The position numbers and the translations under genes were made by a program. Below are positions 18,901-27,473 of a stretch of 64,000 nucleotides of DNA, in pieces. How positions within the stretch are numbered: position 1 is the first letter of the stretch; each line of letters opens with the position of its first letter. The notes beneath the pieces were generated by a model. That model worked only from the letters and a program-made list of their open reading frames with translations, was not told the DNA's origin and did no database searches. The stretch comes from Candidatus Melainabacteria bacterium 17Bon1m. Lineage in GTDB: Bacteria; Cyanobacteriota; Vampirovibrionia; Obscuribacterales; Obscuribacteraceae. Location of the stretch: NCBI GenBank assembly GCA_032128875.1, contig JAVLKG010000003.1:65008-129007 (forward strand). Direction: 5' to 3'.

Positions 18901-21900
18901 TTTTGGAACGCTTCCAATTCACTTGCCACGCGCAAGTTCGATGCTGCTTTTACACTTTCACGCATGCTTTCGGGCACGCAAGACATTGGTTCAATCAGCA
19001 CACCTTTGCCGGTGGGGAGCGGCTCTCCTGGTTTTAAAACCTCCAGCTCGACTTGTAGGTGAGTGTGTTTTTTGAGTTGGTACGCCAGAGCCTTTGTTTG
19101 CGTCGATTCGCTGAATGTGTAGAGTTTGACAGTTTCGACTTGGCGACCGCGCGACTCGCCGGTGGCCTTTACGACTACCATATTCTCTTTTCGAAGTTTT
19201 TCTGCGAAGTCATTGAGCTGGTTAATGAAACCTGCTTCGGTTAGATGTGCAGCACGTTCTGCCAGTAATTCCAAAGCCAGAGCTCGCTCTTCCGGGCTTT
19301 TGTCTGCGAGCAGTTTATCGATTGTTTCTTTAGTCAGTTCTTCGCCGACTATTTTGTTGGTGATGTCTGCGATGATTTCTGCCGTAGGTTTTGTGTCGAC
19401 CAATCCAGGCTCGGACTTGAGCATTTTTCTCAATTCATCAGTCAGCCAGCGCACTTGGTCGATGGATGCCTTGCGAATCATCTCGGGTGTTATGTGACGC
19501 AGGACGTCTTTGTAGACTGAATCTTTGATGTCAGAACGCTCTGGGTTGCCGGATTCGCGAACAATGTCGATGAGCAATCTTGCTTGAGTCTCTTTGGAGA
19601 GTTGTTCCATCTGCTCAACTGTGATTGAGCTGGTGAGCTGCTTGAGCTGTTCGTTGGATAAGTTTTGGAAGTCACTGGCCTGGAGGTTTTTCAAAATCTC
19701 GAAAGTCGCAGGCCGTCTTTCGGAGTTGACGGACGGCAATCCGCCGGCGGCGCTTAACCAGGAGCTGATGAACTCATGCCGGCTAGCCTCAATGCCATTT
19801 TTGAAGCGACTTTGGAATTGAGAAACCAGTTCTCTCGTCAATTCTTCTTTGCGGGCATCAGTGAGCGTAGGCAAGTATTGTTTTGCGGAATTGGCGAGCT
19901 CGACAAATCTTTCGTTGGAGAGTGTTTTCAGTTTTTCTGTCGGCGTGTTTTGTAAAACCTGCCACGCCAGCTCCGGCTCTGCGGTGAGCATTTCGACCAG
20001 CGCGTTGCGCCCGTCCTTAGCGAGGATGCTTTGCTCGAGCTGAAGCCAGTCGTTTCGCTGAACTTTCAGTCTTTCAATTTCTGGGTCGCGAATCGGCAGT
20101 GATTTGATGTTTTTAGAGATTTCGGCAGCTTGTTGCTTCGCATACTCAGAGAGCTCTAAAGCCACGGCTTCAATGTCTTCCGGAGTTTTTAACTTGATCT
20201 CGCGGAACTTAAGGTTGGCATCTTTTCTGGAAAGTTCCAAAAATTTTGCTTGGAGGGCGGTATCGCGGTACAGGTCTTCCAGGCTCATTCCTGGAAAACG
20301 CCGGGCCAGGTCCAGTACTTTATCTTTGGCTGCCAGGCATGCTTTTGCGTCTAATTCGCCGATTGCTTCCTGCATTATGCATGCAGCACCGAGTGAATCC
20401 CGGAAATTTGGTTGAAGCAGTCGTGATGAGACCAGCTCTCTAGCTTTCTCAATTGTTTTGGAAGTGATTTCGAGGGCGGGATTTTCCTTCTGAAATCGAT
20501 CCACTTCCATTGATTCAGTGACGCTCAGACCCAAGCGTTCTCGCAGCCCTCTGGTGTTTGCAAGTTCTGTCTGAGTGCGATTTACATTTTCAGGTGTATC
20601 CGCGTCTAAGCCTTGAGAAATCAGAAGGAATGCGGCTTCCATCCTGTCTATTGGCTTAACGTTTTCAGGAACATTTACTTCTTTGAATTCATGTTGCAGC
20701 GCCATATAGTCGCTGGCTTCGTTAAGTCTCGTTAGATCAATGCGTTTTGCGTTTGCGTCTTCTAGAATCCGCGTATAACGGCGAATTTCGTCCTCGGCAA
20801 ACTGCGTCGACTTCAGGTCTTGAATAGCGTGATGATCCAAAGCGCCTTTTATCAAACCCTCTTCAATGGCTTTGCGACTGCCTTTGGGAAGAGTCATGAT
20901 TTTGATCATCTCTGTTTGAGTTTTGATCGTGCCTCGGTCGAGTGCATCGAAATAGCCTTTAAGAGTCTTTTCTGTCGGCTCCGTTTTGAAAATCTGGGTC
21001 AAACATTCGGACGATAATGGATTTTTGTCGTATTTCACTTCTAGCATGCGCTCGCGAATGGTCTGCTGCAGTTGCTTGTCTGCAGCCATCATTTCGTTAA
21101 TGTTTTCAGAAGTGATCCGATTGGCTTTTTTTTCCACCAAAAGTTTAGACATCAGGTCCGCGTAGATGCCGTCGCCCGCCATCAGTTTGACACTCTGCGC
21201 GCTAAGTTCTGACTCGCGCATCAATGCTGCCATCGAGGCTCTGTATCCCTCGGTTTTTTTGACAAACCTATCCAGTAGTTCGGAAGTCATAACCTCCGAG
21301 CTGATCGATTTGCGAATGGCTTCCAGCCCGCCATTTGGATAGTCTTGCGAAGCCAGAGCCTTGAATGCGTCAGCCGTGATTGCTTTGTCGCGCGTTACCT
21401 CAGGTTTGCTTTGATCAGCCAAAATTCCTACCAGAGCATCGCGTTCGGAGCGCTCGTGCTTCTCAACTGCCAGAATGTCTTTAGCGTCTAAGCGCAGTCT
21501 CAGTGAAGCGTTGCGATATGCTTCGAGGTCTTTATCACTAAGTGTTTTGTCGGTAGCCAACTTCACAAAGGCTTCGGTTTGATGAACATCGGGACGGGTG
21601 TGCGTAAAGAGTCCAATCAGTCCATCTCTGGTTTGATGCTCTAGCTTCAGAAGAGCTCTTGCTGTCTTCGGATCAACGATGCCATTGGCAATAAAGTTGG
21701 AAAGGGTGCCGACGCGCGAAGTTTCTATGGATTGTGAGAGCATCTCGTTGGCGATGTCGACTGGCAAAGTTCTCTTTTCCAGCCCGTCACGAAGCCTTAT
21801 GGCATCTGGCTCGGCAAGGTTTAAAAGTTCTGTTGCAGCTTTCGGAGTTGTTTTTTCACCCAATGTCTGTTGTAAGTGCACGAGGACCGACGCGCGAACA

Positions 21901-22874
21901 TCAAAGTCTTTGCCCTTCATCGACAAAGCCTTTATTTGGTCCGTGGCGCTGAGATCCTCGAAGCTCTTAATAAGTTTGGGAGTATCGGCTCTCAGGTCGA
22001 GGATTTTTTTGACATTTTCTGCATTGACGTTTTCCGGCTTCAGTGCATTAAACAGGCTGCATGAGCCTTCTCGCTTAACGAGTTCATTGATAGTGTCGGC
22101 GTTGAGATTCAACATCGACGACACGCGCTCCGGCGACATTACCTGCTTTTCTTTGTCCAGCATGTTTACGACATCTTCGCGCGTATATTCGTCCAGCTTT
22201 ATGAGCTTGCCGAGGTCTCTATGATCGATGCGCTTGTTGACGACGAGTTTTTTGTATTTTTCGATCTCGGACGGCTTTATTCCAGCCTTTCCCATATAGT
22301 CATATGCTGATTGGGCTGACTCGAATCCGCCCAACCCTTTGACGGCAAGTACTGCCGATGCGGCTTTGTAGTCTGGCAGTTTGAGGCTTTCTTTGATATT
22401 GACGATTTCGAGCGCTGCATGTGACGGCAATTTTCCTAGTCCCGCCTCTTTGCGAACCTCAGCTAATTTGGCCGCTTCCAGCTTTGCCGCTTCAATGTCT
22501 GCGCCTGACTGCCCATCCTTTTTCTTTGACAAAAGAATTTCTGTTATGTCTTGAACCAAAAGCTCGTTGCCTGGCGTGTTGCCTAGTTTTTCGGCAACGC
22601 GTTTTTTTACCGCTTCTTGAGCGGGATCTGCCGGAGTTGAGTCCTTTTGAGAATCACCTTGTGAATAAATTGATTGACTGAAGTCTAGCGCTGCGGGCGG
22701 CGCGCCGGATTGAACTTCAGGGACGCTTGAACTCGAGCCGTTTTTGCCATTTCCCTCTGTTCGGGTTTTCGTGACTTCTTCTTCGGCGGCGTCGAGAAAG
22801 TCGCCTTCTTCCGGCGCCGTTTCTGGCGGGCGTTCAACTTCTTGCGGTTTGGTTGGTTTTATTGGTTCGGGCAT
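15918..22874 (-). CDS. large modular protein: helical region, PRTase-like domain, dual-specificity-phosphatase-like domain and the shared C-terminal module
   Basis: 2318-aa ORF. Motifs FVQLNDGIYSGTEA, LKEMGVTTIIDL..VFVQDFSGTDRA and C-terminal GSFVGMGMVVTTLAGWYAY. Confidence 0.9.
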   Translation of the reverse strand: MPEPIKPTKPQEVERPPETAPEEGDFLDAAEEEVTKTRTEGNGKNGSSSSVPEVQSGAPPAALDFSQSIYSQGDSQKDSTPADPAQEAVKKRVAEKLGNTPGNELLVQDITEILLSKKKDGQSGADIEAAKLEAAKLAEVRKEAGLGKLPSHAALEIVNIKESLKLPDYKAASAVLAVKGLGGFESAQSAYDYMGKAGIKPSEIEKYKKLVVNKRIDHRDLGKLIKLDEYTREDVVNMLDKEKQVMSPERVSSMLNLNADTINELVKREGSCSLFNALKPENVNAENVKKILDLRADTPKLIKSFEDLSATDQIKALSMKGKDFDVRASVLVHLQQTLGEKTTPKAATELLNLAEPDAIRLRDGLEKRTLPVDIANEMLSQSIETSRVGTLSNFIANGIVDPKTARALLKLEHQTRDGLIGLFTHTRPDVHQTEAFVKLATDKTLSDKDLEAYRNASLRLRLDAKDILAVEKHERSERDALVGILADQSKPEVTRDKAITADAFKALASQDYPNGGLEAIRKSISSEVMTSELLDRFVKKTEGYRASMAALMRESELSAQSVKLMAGDGIYADLMSKLLVEKKANRITSENINEMMAADKQLQQTIRERMLEVKYDKNPLSSECLTQIFKTEPTEKTLKGYFDALDRGTIKTQTEMIKIMTLPKGSRKAIEEGLIKGALDHHAIQDLKSTQFAEDEIRRYTRILEDANAKRIDLTRLNEASDYMALQHEFKEVNVPENVKPIDRMEAAFLLISQGLDADTPENVNRTQTELANTRGLRERLGLSVTESMEVDRFQKENPALEITSKTIEKARELVSSRLLQPNFRDSLGAACIMQEAIGELDAKACLAAKDKVLDLARRFPGMSLEDLYRDTALQAKFLELSRKDANLKFREIKLKTPEDIEAVALELSEYAKQQAAEISKNIKSLPIRDPEIERLKVQRNDWLQLEQSILAKDGRNALVEMLTAEPELAWQVLQNTPTEKLKTLSNERFVELANSAKQYLPTLTDARKEELTRELVSQFQSRFKNGIEASRHEFISSWLSAAGGLPSVNSERRPATFEILKNLQASDFQNLSNEQLKQLTSSITVEQMEQLSKETQARLLIDIVRESGNPERSDIKDSVYKDVLRHITPEMIRKASIDQVRWLTDELRKMLKSEPGLVDTKPTAEIIADITNKIVGEELTKETIDKLLADKSPEERALALELLAERAAHLTEAGFINQLNDFAEKLRKENMVVVKATGESRGRQVETVKLYTFSESTQTKALAYQLKKHTHLQVELEVLKPGEPLPTGKGVLIEPMSCVPESMRESVKAASNLRVASELEAFQKGLNYKHLAVAEATGDPAQAKQQLNLMLEEAKRAGRPAELKGDATNHPPGVTTENEFKLLKNLAQQKNNENRARVEAGSLLYFAQKQANLGGPVQLHAMVANASLDVGRYDDLIKQAHGLQDSLAKRLGATKENTFFIVDEKVNSNHLSIDLYRLANGMEGKEFDGKFITFEQAKAMKGSGLCFVQLNDGIYSGTEAQKNIPKMQELKANGAKVAIANLFGYAEGIKVATEAGNLAGVEIIAQAEYQDAYSKAASSPQRAKISRLLARHPEITEGLPESTGEFTVKEAERILGAPDWNAETYKPGEKVNGAKVVSSLFMSHIRSNTTARLLSDLANYLGVPKAHIESKGQLELENAASDFKDINDPRAQRETVSKLLKSVHSRAAEEYSESMESAFKPGEGNKPQELRAMLKEGLQNFLEQHQKTNANLGLEGIRVNVEFGTPTGTRMVEDKTLSIVLDPSLAEASQFQKAKVEIMRQLLTYRAQELASQYPQADATRFKESIDQVVKEKLFSVEHPLKEITTVPGINRFTEVSADLLVGSKPSDSKKLPLVDSLESLKEMGVTTIIDLGQKPNEAQKQWCELNNVEYKHLPVKDPNLMTQEQINQVLAEIERVKGKNGRVFVQDFSGTDRAPAVVAAYRINNGASAATATDELSNRFLFNPEKKPKLAKTIEERETYSVGNAGVVRVGLAPHQLAASNAIDFTIADAQKYLAEKAVAEGGTVKFAEPITLNFKDKPLTVSGIDIVEGKLYLKAAKDGKRYSTEGWLNAVKDGLEERANSTAIPAADAQAAKVSLESIANSIDARVSIIKALASNFALESKAVTPAGAETVAVAAPAVTPLRKGGAAGGTTTPGVSATSGAPLVAAGGSTEIRSTEAGGYEVASEKPAEGEIRAGAEMPKEDIARLRSKILEDRENKYTPEQKRRALQVLELAERGHKEAREALRGAVGRGAGIDKAAGSFVGMGMVVTTLAGWYAYEQMNSARSPYIGRADVR

Positions 22875-23143
22875 AAACTCTATGCTTTAAAAGCCAACAT
22901 CCAAGAATCGAAAATCGGAGGTTGAAGTCTGAACTTATGCCTATATGCCCTGATTCGATGGTGAACATCTTCTCCTGCCGGTTCTGAAGCGGCTGGCTTG
23001 AAGTGTTCCAGGCGAATCGCTGGACCCGGAGGCTTGGGGTGTTGCTCGCGGGATGACATTCGAAAAAATTGAACACTTCCTGGCTGGATAGAAGTGTTCT
23101 GCAACCATAGTAAAAATCGTTTGTTGCATTTTGATTGCAGCAA

Positions 23144-23173
23144 GAAAACGGCTCGAATGTAATACGAGCCGTT
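23144..23173 (-). terminator. probable intrinsic terminator of the TPR gene
   Basis: aacggctcg-N9-cgagccgtt followed by a T-rich run on the minus strand, ~65 nt after the stop at 23238. Confidence 0.6.
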
Positions 23174-23237
23174 GCGATCTAGTCTAGGTTTATATTTTTA
23201 CTTGGCTGGTTGTATTTTTATCTCATCAAAGCTTCGT

Positions 23238-24908
23238 CTATTTTGCATATCCAAGAGCTTGAGCAATGCCCAGATCGCGCATAGCCAGGTCGTATTTCCC
23301 TAACATTCTGTATGCCGAGCCGCGGTCATGGTACACCGAGGCAAAGCGCGGGTCGATGTTTATCGACTTGGTGTAGCAGTTGACTGCCTGTGTGTACTTC
23401 GACAAGTACATGCATACTGAGCCAAGGTTTCTCCAAGCGTCCTTGTCTTTTGGAGCAAGCGCCGTAGCCTTTAACAAATCGGCTTCCGCTTGCCGATATT
23501 TTTCAAGTGCTGCATAGCAAGCGCCTCTGTTGACATAGGCTGATGCGCATTTTGGATCGAGAGCTAATGCCTTGGTGGCGTCAGCGATACCGTAATTGTA
23601 TTGCTCGCGGAACATGTATAAGCAGGCGCGAGCTGAGTAGAGTGGCGCATATTTAGGCGCAAGGCTCAATCCTTTAACGCAGTCCTGATACGCTTCATTC
23701 TCGCGTTTGAGTGCAATGAGAATATGCACTCTGTGTGCATAGGCTGCAGGTGATTTTGGTTGTAATTCAACCATCGTATTGGCGTCTCTGAGTGCATCAG
23801 AGTACCGCGTCAGAAGAAAATAAAGTTCTGATCTCAACCTGTACGCTTCAATACTTTTCGGGTTTTCTCTCACGCATTTTGTGAGTACATCCAGGCATTT
23901 ATCCCATTTAAGCCGGTCTGCGTATATCTGCGCCAGCGGCAAATAGGGGTCGAGAAATTTTGGCGACAATTCCAGAGATTTCGTCAGGTCATTGAGAGCC
24001 TTGTCGTTCTTCTGCTTCAACGTGAGCAGACCACGCATGTAATAAGCGATTCCCGAATTCGGATCGTTTGCCACCGCCATTTCCGCATCCTTCATTGCTT
24101 GCGCAAGCTGCTTCATTTGGAAAAACGTATTCGCGCGCACGCTGTAAGCCAGACTTTGCCTCGAGTCCAGGGCAATGCTTCGTCCTGCATTTACAATTGC
24201 CTGGGTGTAATTCTTGTAGTGGTTTTCGAGCTGTGCTTGCCGTGCATATGCTGAAGCTAAATTGGGACTGAGTTTTTGCGCTAAAGCAAGATCGGCTTTT
24301 GCATTGTCCCACTTTGTCAAAAACATATAACAGCCGGCTCTGTCTGAAATAAGTGCGGCTTGGTTTGGTTTTTCTTTCAGGGCTAAATTGAGTTGGTTGA
24401 TCGCTGCTTGGAAGTCACCCTTGCTCATTAACTGAGCGGCAAGTTCAGCAGCGTTAGGTTGCTGCGGTTCTGGCGATAAAGCTTTGTCGACAGCAGCATT
24501 GTCGGTAACAGCATCCAACGTTTGCATTTGTTTTTCATCGGCTTGCGCTTTTTCGAGTTCTCCCGATTCTTTGTAAGCGCCTGCTCTTCCCGAAAGCGCG
24601 CGGACGTTTTTGGGATCTTTTTCCAGGCAAGTCGTGAAAGTTTCAATCGCCGAGAAAAATAGCTTGTCGTTTAGCTGCTTGTAGCCTTGCGACAGCAGCT
24701 CCTCAACCGTCGATTCGGCTGTCGAACTTTCCGGCAGAGGCTGAATTTCAGCCATTGGAGGGCGTTGAGGGATGGCCTGAGCGGCGAGAAAACTTCCGCA
24801 CAACAATGGAATTAGAAAAGCGCACGCTGCTGCTCTGAAGGCGAAACGGCTGGAGATTTGTAGGTTTTTCGAATCGATTTGCGAACGTGAATTGCTGGCA
24901 AATTTCAT
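23238..24908 (-). CDS. exported tetratricopeptide repeat protein
   Basis: Signal-peptide-like N-terminus (AAACAFLIPLLCGSFLAAQA); many TPRs such as ASAYVNRGACYAALEKYRQAEADLLKATALAP; SD aaggag. Confidence 0.92.
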   Translation of the reverse strand: MKFASNSRSQIDSKNLQISSRFAFRAAACAFLIPLLCGSFLAAQAIPQRPPMAEIQPLPESSTAESTVEELLSQGYKQLNDKLFFSAIETFTTCLEKDPKNVRALSGRAGAYKESGELEKAQADEKQMQTLDAVTDNAAVDKALSPEPQQPNAAELAAQLMSKGDFQAAINQLNLALKEKPNQAALISDRAGCYMFLTKWDNAKADLALAQKLSPNLASAYARQAQLENHYKNYTQAIVNAGRSIALDSRQSLAYSVRANTFFQMKQLAQAMKDAEMAVANDPNSGIAYYMRGLLTLKQKNDKALNDLTKSLELSPKFLDPYLPLAQIYADRLKWDKCLDVLTKCVRENPKSIEAYRLRSELYFLLTRYSDALRDANTMVELQPKSPAAYAHRVHILIALKRENEAYQDCVKGLSLAPKYAPLYSARACLYMFREQYNYGIADATKALALDPKCASAYVNRGACYAALEKYRQAEADLLKATALAPKDKDAWRNLGSVCMYLSKYTQAVNCYTKSINIDPRFASVYHDRGSAYRMLGKYDLAMRDLGIAQALGYAK

Positions 24909-25148
24909 GCTGAGCTCCTTGGAAAATGCGGATGCACTTTCCAGATAGGGATTAGTCTCAAGGCGTGTGAGGGGGAGTTGTAGAACCGTGGACTTTTTTT
25001 GAGAGTGGCTTGCAGTTGGATGCTGCCATCATATGCGCAGCTCTTGGCAACCGCCTTCAATTTCACCAAGCATTAACATCCGCCAGAGGCTTCTTATTCT
25101 CGTGCGCAAAACATGTAGCAACTAAAATGAATAGTAGGAAGGGGCGCT

Positions 25149-25186
25149 AAAAAACTGGTGGATGAAGGGTTAGCTTCACCCACCAG
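25149..25186 (-). terminator. intrinsic terminator
   Basis: Minus strand ctggtgggtgaag-ctaacc-cttcatccaccag-tttttt. Confidence 0.75.
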
Positions 25187-25285
25187 CCCAGGCGGTCTAA
25201 CCGAAGTTAGAGCCGCCTGTCGGTGCCTCTCGCGGGAGTTTGTGATGCCAGGCAAGTCTAAGGACGTGCAAGGCATTCAAAGTCC

Positions 25286-25651
25286 TTAGCGAGCGCCGCC
25301 GCCGATGCGGGAGGCCAGGAAGGCGCCACCGCCGAGCAGCAGGCCCATGACCACAACGCCAATCAGCGTGCCGAGCGACAGCGCCGTGACGGTGCCGAGA
25401 ACGGCGCCGAGGATGGTGGACAGAACGCCGTAGCCGACGCCCGTGCCGAAGCTCGACAGGAACGTGGGCTGGCGATTCAGGTGCACCATCGAGAAGACGG
25501 CGCCGAAGATGACGCCCTCGATGAGCGAGGACACGAGCAGCGGCACGACGGGCAGAACGCCGGCGGCGAGCAGGAAGAGCCCGGCGCTGAAGATGAAGGT
25601 GGCCAGCGTGGAGCCGATGGCGCCACGGGCGAAGAGTCCGAAGAATTTCAT
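25286..25651 (-). CDS. small Gly-rich integral membrane protein (~4 TM)
   Basis: 121 aa, almost entirely hydrophobic, strong GC3 bias, SD ggag before the ATG. Confidence 0.85.
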   Translation of the reverse strand: MKFFGLFARGAIGSTLATFIFSAGLFLLAAGVLPVVPLLVSSLIEGVIFGAVFSMVHLNRQPTFLSSFGTGVGYGVLSTILGAVLGTVTALSLGTLIGVVVMGLLLGGGAFLASRIGGGAR

Positions 25652-25710
25652 GGTGATCTCCAGTGATTCTCTAGCTAAGCCTCAGGCAATTAAGCCTGAC
25701 GGCGGTTTGG

Positions 25711-25748
25711 AAAAAAAGAAGAGGGCACCACCATTGGTGCCGCTCTTC
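25711..25748 (-). terminator. intrinsic terminator
   Basis: Minus strand gaagagcggcacca-atgg-tggtgccctcttc-ttttttt downstream of the 25812 stop. Confidence 0.7.
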
Positions 25749-25811
25749 AAAGTTCGTTGACGCGCTTGGTCAGTTTCCGCCTCTGATTGGACGGCTTTTT
25801 ACCGCGTCAAC

Positions 25812-26669
25812 TTAGACGCAGGTGGTCTCAGCAAGCGCCGCTTCTGCAGCCTTGAGGAGCTGTTTGCTCTGCTTGTACTGGCGACGCTTGAGGGCGTCGG
25901 CGGCACGTTCGAGCGCGGTCACGACCTGGGAGGCGTCGCACTCGTCAAAGTGCGGGTCGACCTTGCCGGGGGAATCGGCGTTGTGCTTCAGCCACTGCGC
26001 GGCACGCCGGCAGTAGAGCTCAGCCTTGTCCCAGTCGGAAAAGCGCTTGGAGAAGAACCACATCAGGCTGCAATCGGCATTGCTGGCAGCGGTGTTGGCC
26101 AGTGCCAGGCGATCGCACATACCCGGAAGCGCCTCTTCCGAAAGGCTGTCCAGCTTCACAGAGAAGCTCATGATGTCGAACAGATTGTCCAGGACGCCGT
26201 CCAGCTTCTCGGCGCTGGTCACGTAGTGTTCCACTGCCATGACGCGGTTGAGGCGGTTGGAAAGCTGGCTGGTGTAGCCGACGATGACGGTGGCCATCGC
26301 CTGCTTGCCCTGGTTGTCGGGATACTTCTCGGTCAGCGACGCGGCGCAGATGGCGATGATGTCCGCCAGGTCGCGATGCTGTTTCAGAACGTTGCCGGAG
26401 TGCAGCGCGAGGGTGATGCCCTTTGCGGCACAGGCAGTGATCACCCGGGCACAAGCTTCACGATGGGCTGAGACCGCATCGGGATGACCGGCAGTGAGGC
26501 TGTCGGCTTGCTTCAACCAGTTGACACACTCTGCGAAATCGCCGGCATCGAATGCCTGCGAGAACTTGCTCATGGCAAGCACAAACATCTGGGGCGCCGG
26601 CTCCTTGCGGGGGGCGGCAGCGGTACCAGCATTTTCTGCGGTCCCGAGAACCTCAGGGGTTTCGCTCAT
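25812..26669 (-). CDS. hypothetical alpha-helical protein
   Basis: GC3-biased ORF; ATG at 26669 (MSETPEV) follows gaggaa. Confidence 0.8.
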   Translation of the reverse strand: MSETPEVLGTAENAGTAAAPRKEPAPQMFVLAMSKFSQAFDAGDFAECVNWLKQADSLTAGHPDAVSAHREACARVITACAAKGITLALHSGNVLKQHRDLADIIAICAASLTEKYPDNQGKQAMATVIVGYTSQLSNRLNRVMAVEHYVTSAEKLDGVLDNLFDIMSFSVKLDSLSEEALPGMCDRLALANTAASNADCSLMWFFSKRFSDWDKAELYCRRAAQWLKHNADSPGKVDPHFDECDASQVVTALERAADALKRRQYKQSKQLLKAAEAALAETTCV

Positions 26670-27473
26670 ATTCGTATTCCTCTTGGTTCGTTGAACACAA
26701 AGCAATCCCAAACACAGTGATGGCCTTCCTCGCTCACTTCAAAAGAGAAGAGAAGAGACGGAAATCTTTGTGGGGAGTACTCTCTGAGGGTGGTTAGAGA
26801 AGTTGAGCTGAAGAAAAAATATGCAAGAAACTCTGTGACGCTAACAAAAGAACTAAGCTCTTTCAAAGCTCATGAGACAAAAATTAGCGCTAAGCGCCAC
26901 TGGTTTTGCTTCTTGGCAAGGTGTTTGCGCAAGCTATCGAAGCTCGCAATCACCGGCCGTGGTGGCACTCTCGAATGTGAGAAAGTCGCAGAAAAATGAG
27001 CGCGCTTCAATCTTGTCAGAGTTGCGCTAGCCTGCGCTTCATTACATGTTGCCAATAATGGTGTCCGTCGGGCCATGCTGAAGTGCTTTTCAGAAAGAAA
27101 TCTTGTGATTTCAAGACCCGTATTAGTAGCCTAAATCGTTAGTTTCTTTCGTTCAACTTACAGGAGAGTCTTTAAGACCGCAAAAGTCCAAATCGTCAGA
27201 TTTGTCAGCTCTTCTCAATCGAAAAACTCACCATCGTGCTGAATCTAACCATTCGGCGCGAGAATCGACTCGAACATGCAGCAAAACACGCTGAACGAGA
27301 AACTTTGACGCTTGAACAAGCATGTGCACAAGCTCCGCTTGCGCTCGTGTTATTGGCTTCGTCTCATGTTTTTCCTGAGGATGTTTTGCTCAACCCGCGC
27401 GAAGTACTGGTTTTGAAGCTTCTCATGTTGCTTCACTCCAGGTGCTCGCGGACCTAGTGATTGGGAGTTATCT

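Noticed and set aside
26700-27470. Short ORFs in the divergent intergenic region
   Set aside because: They lack SD sequences, codon bias and motifs; the region is more consistent with promoters and leaders.
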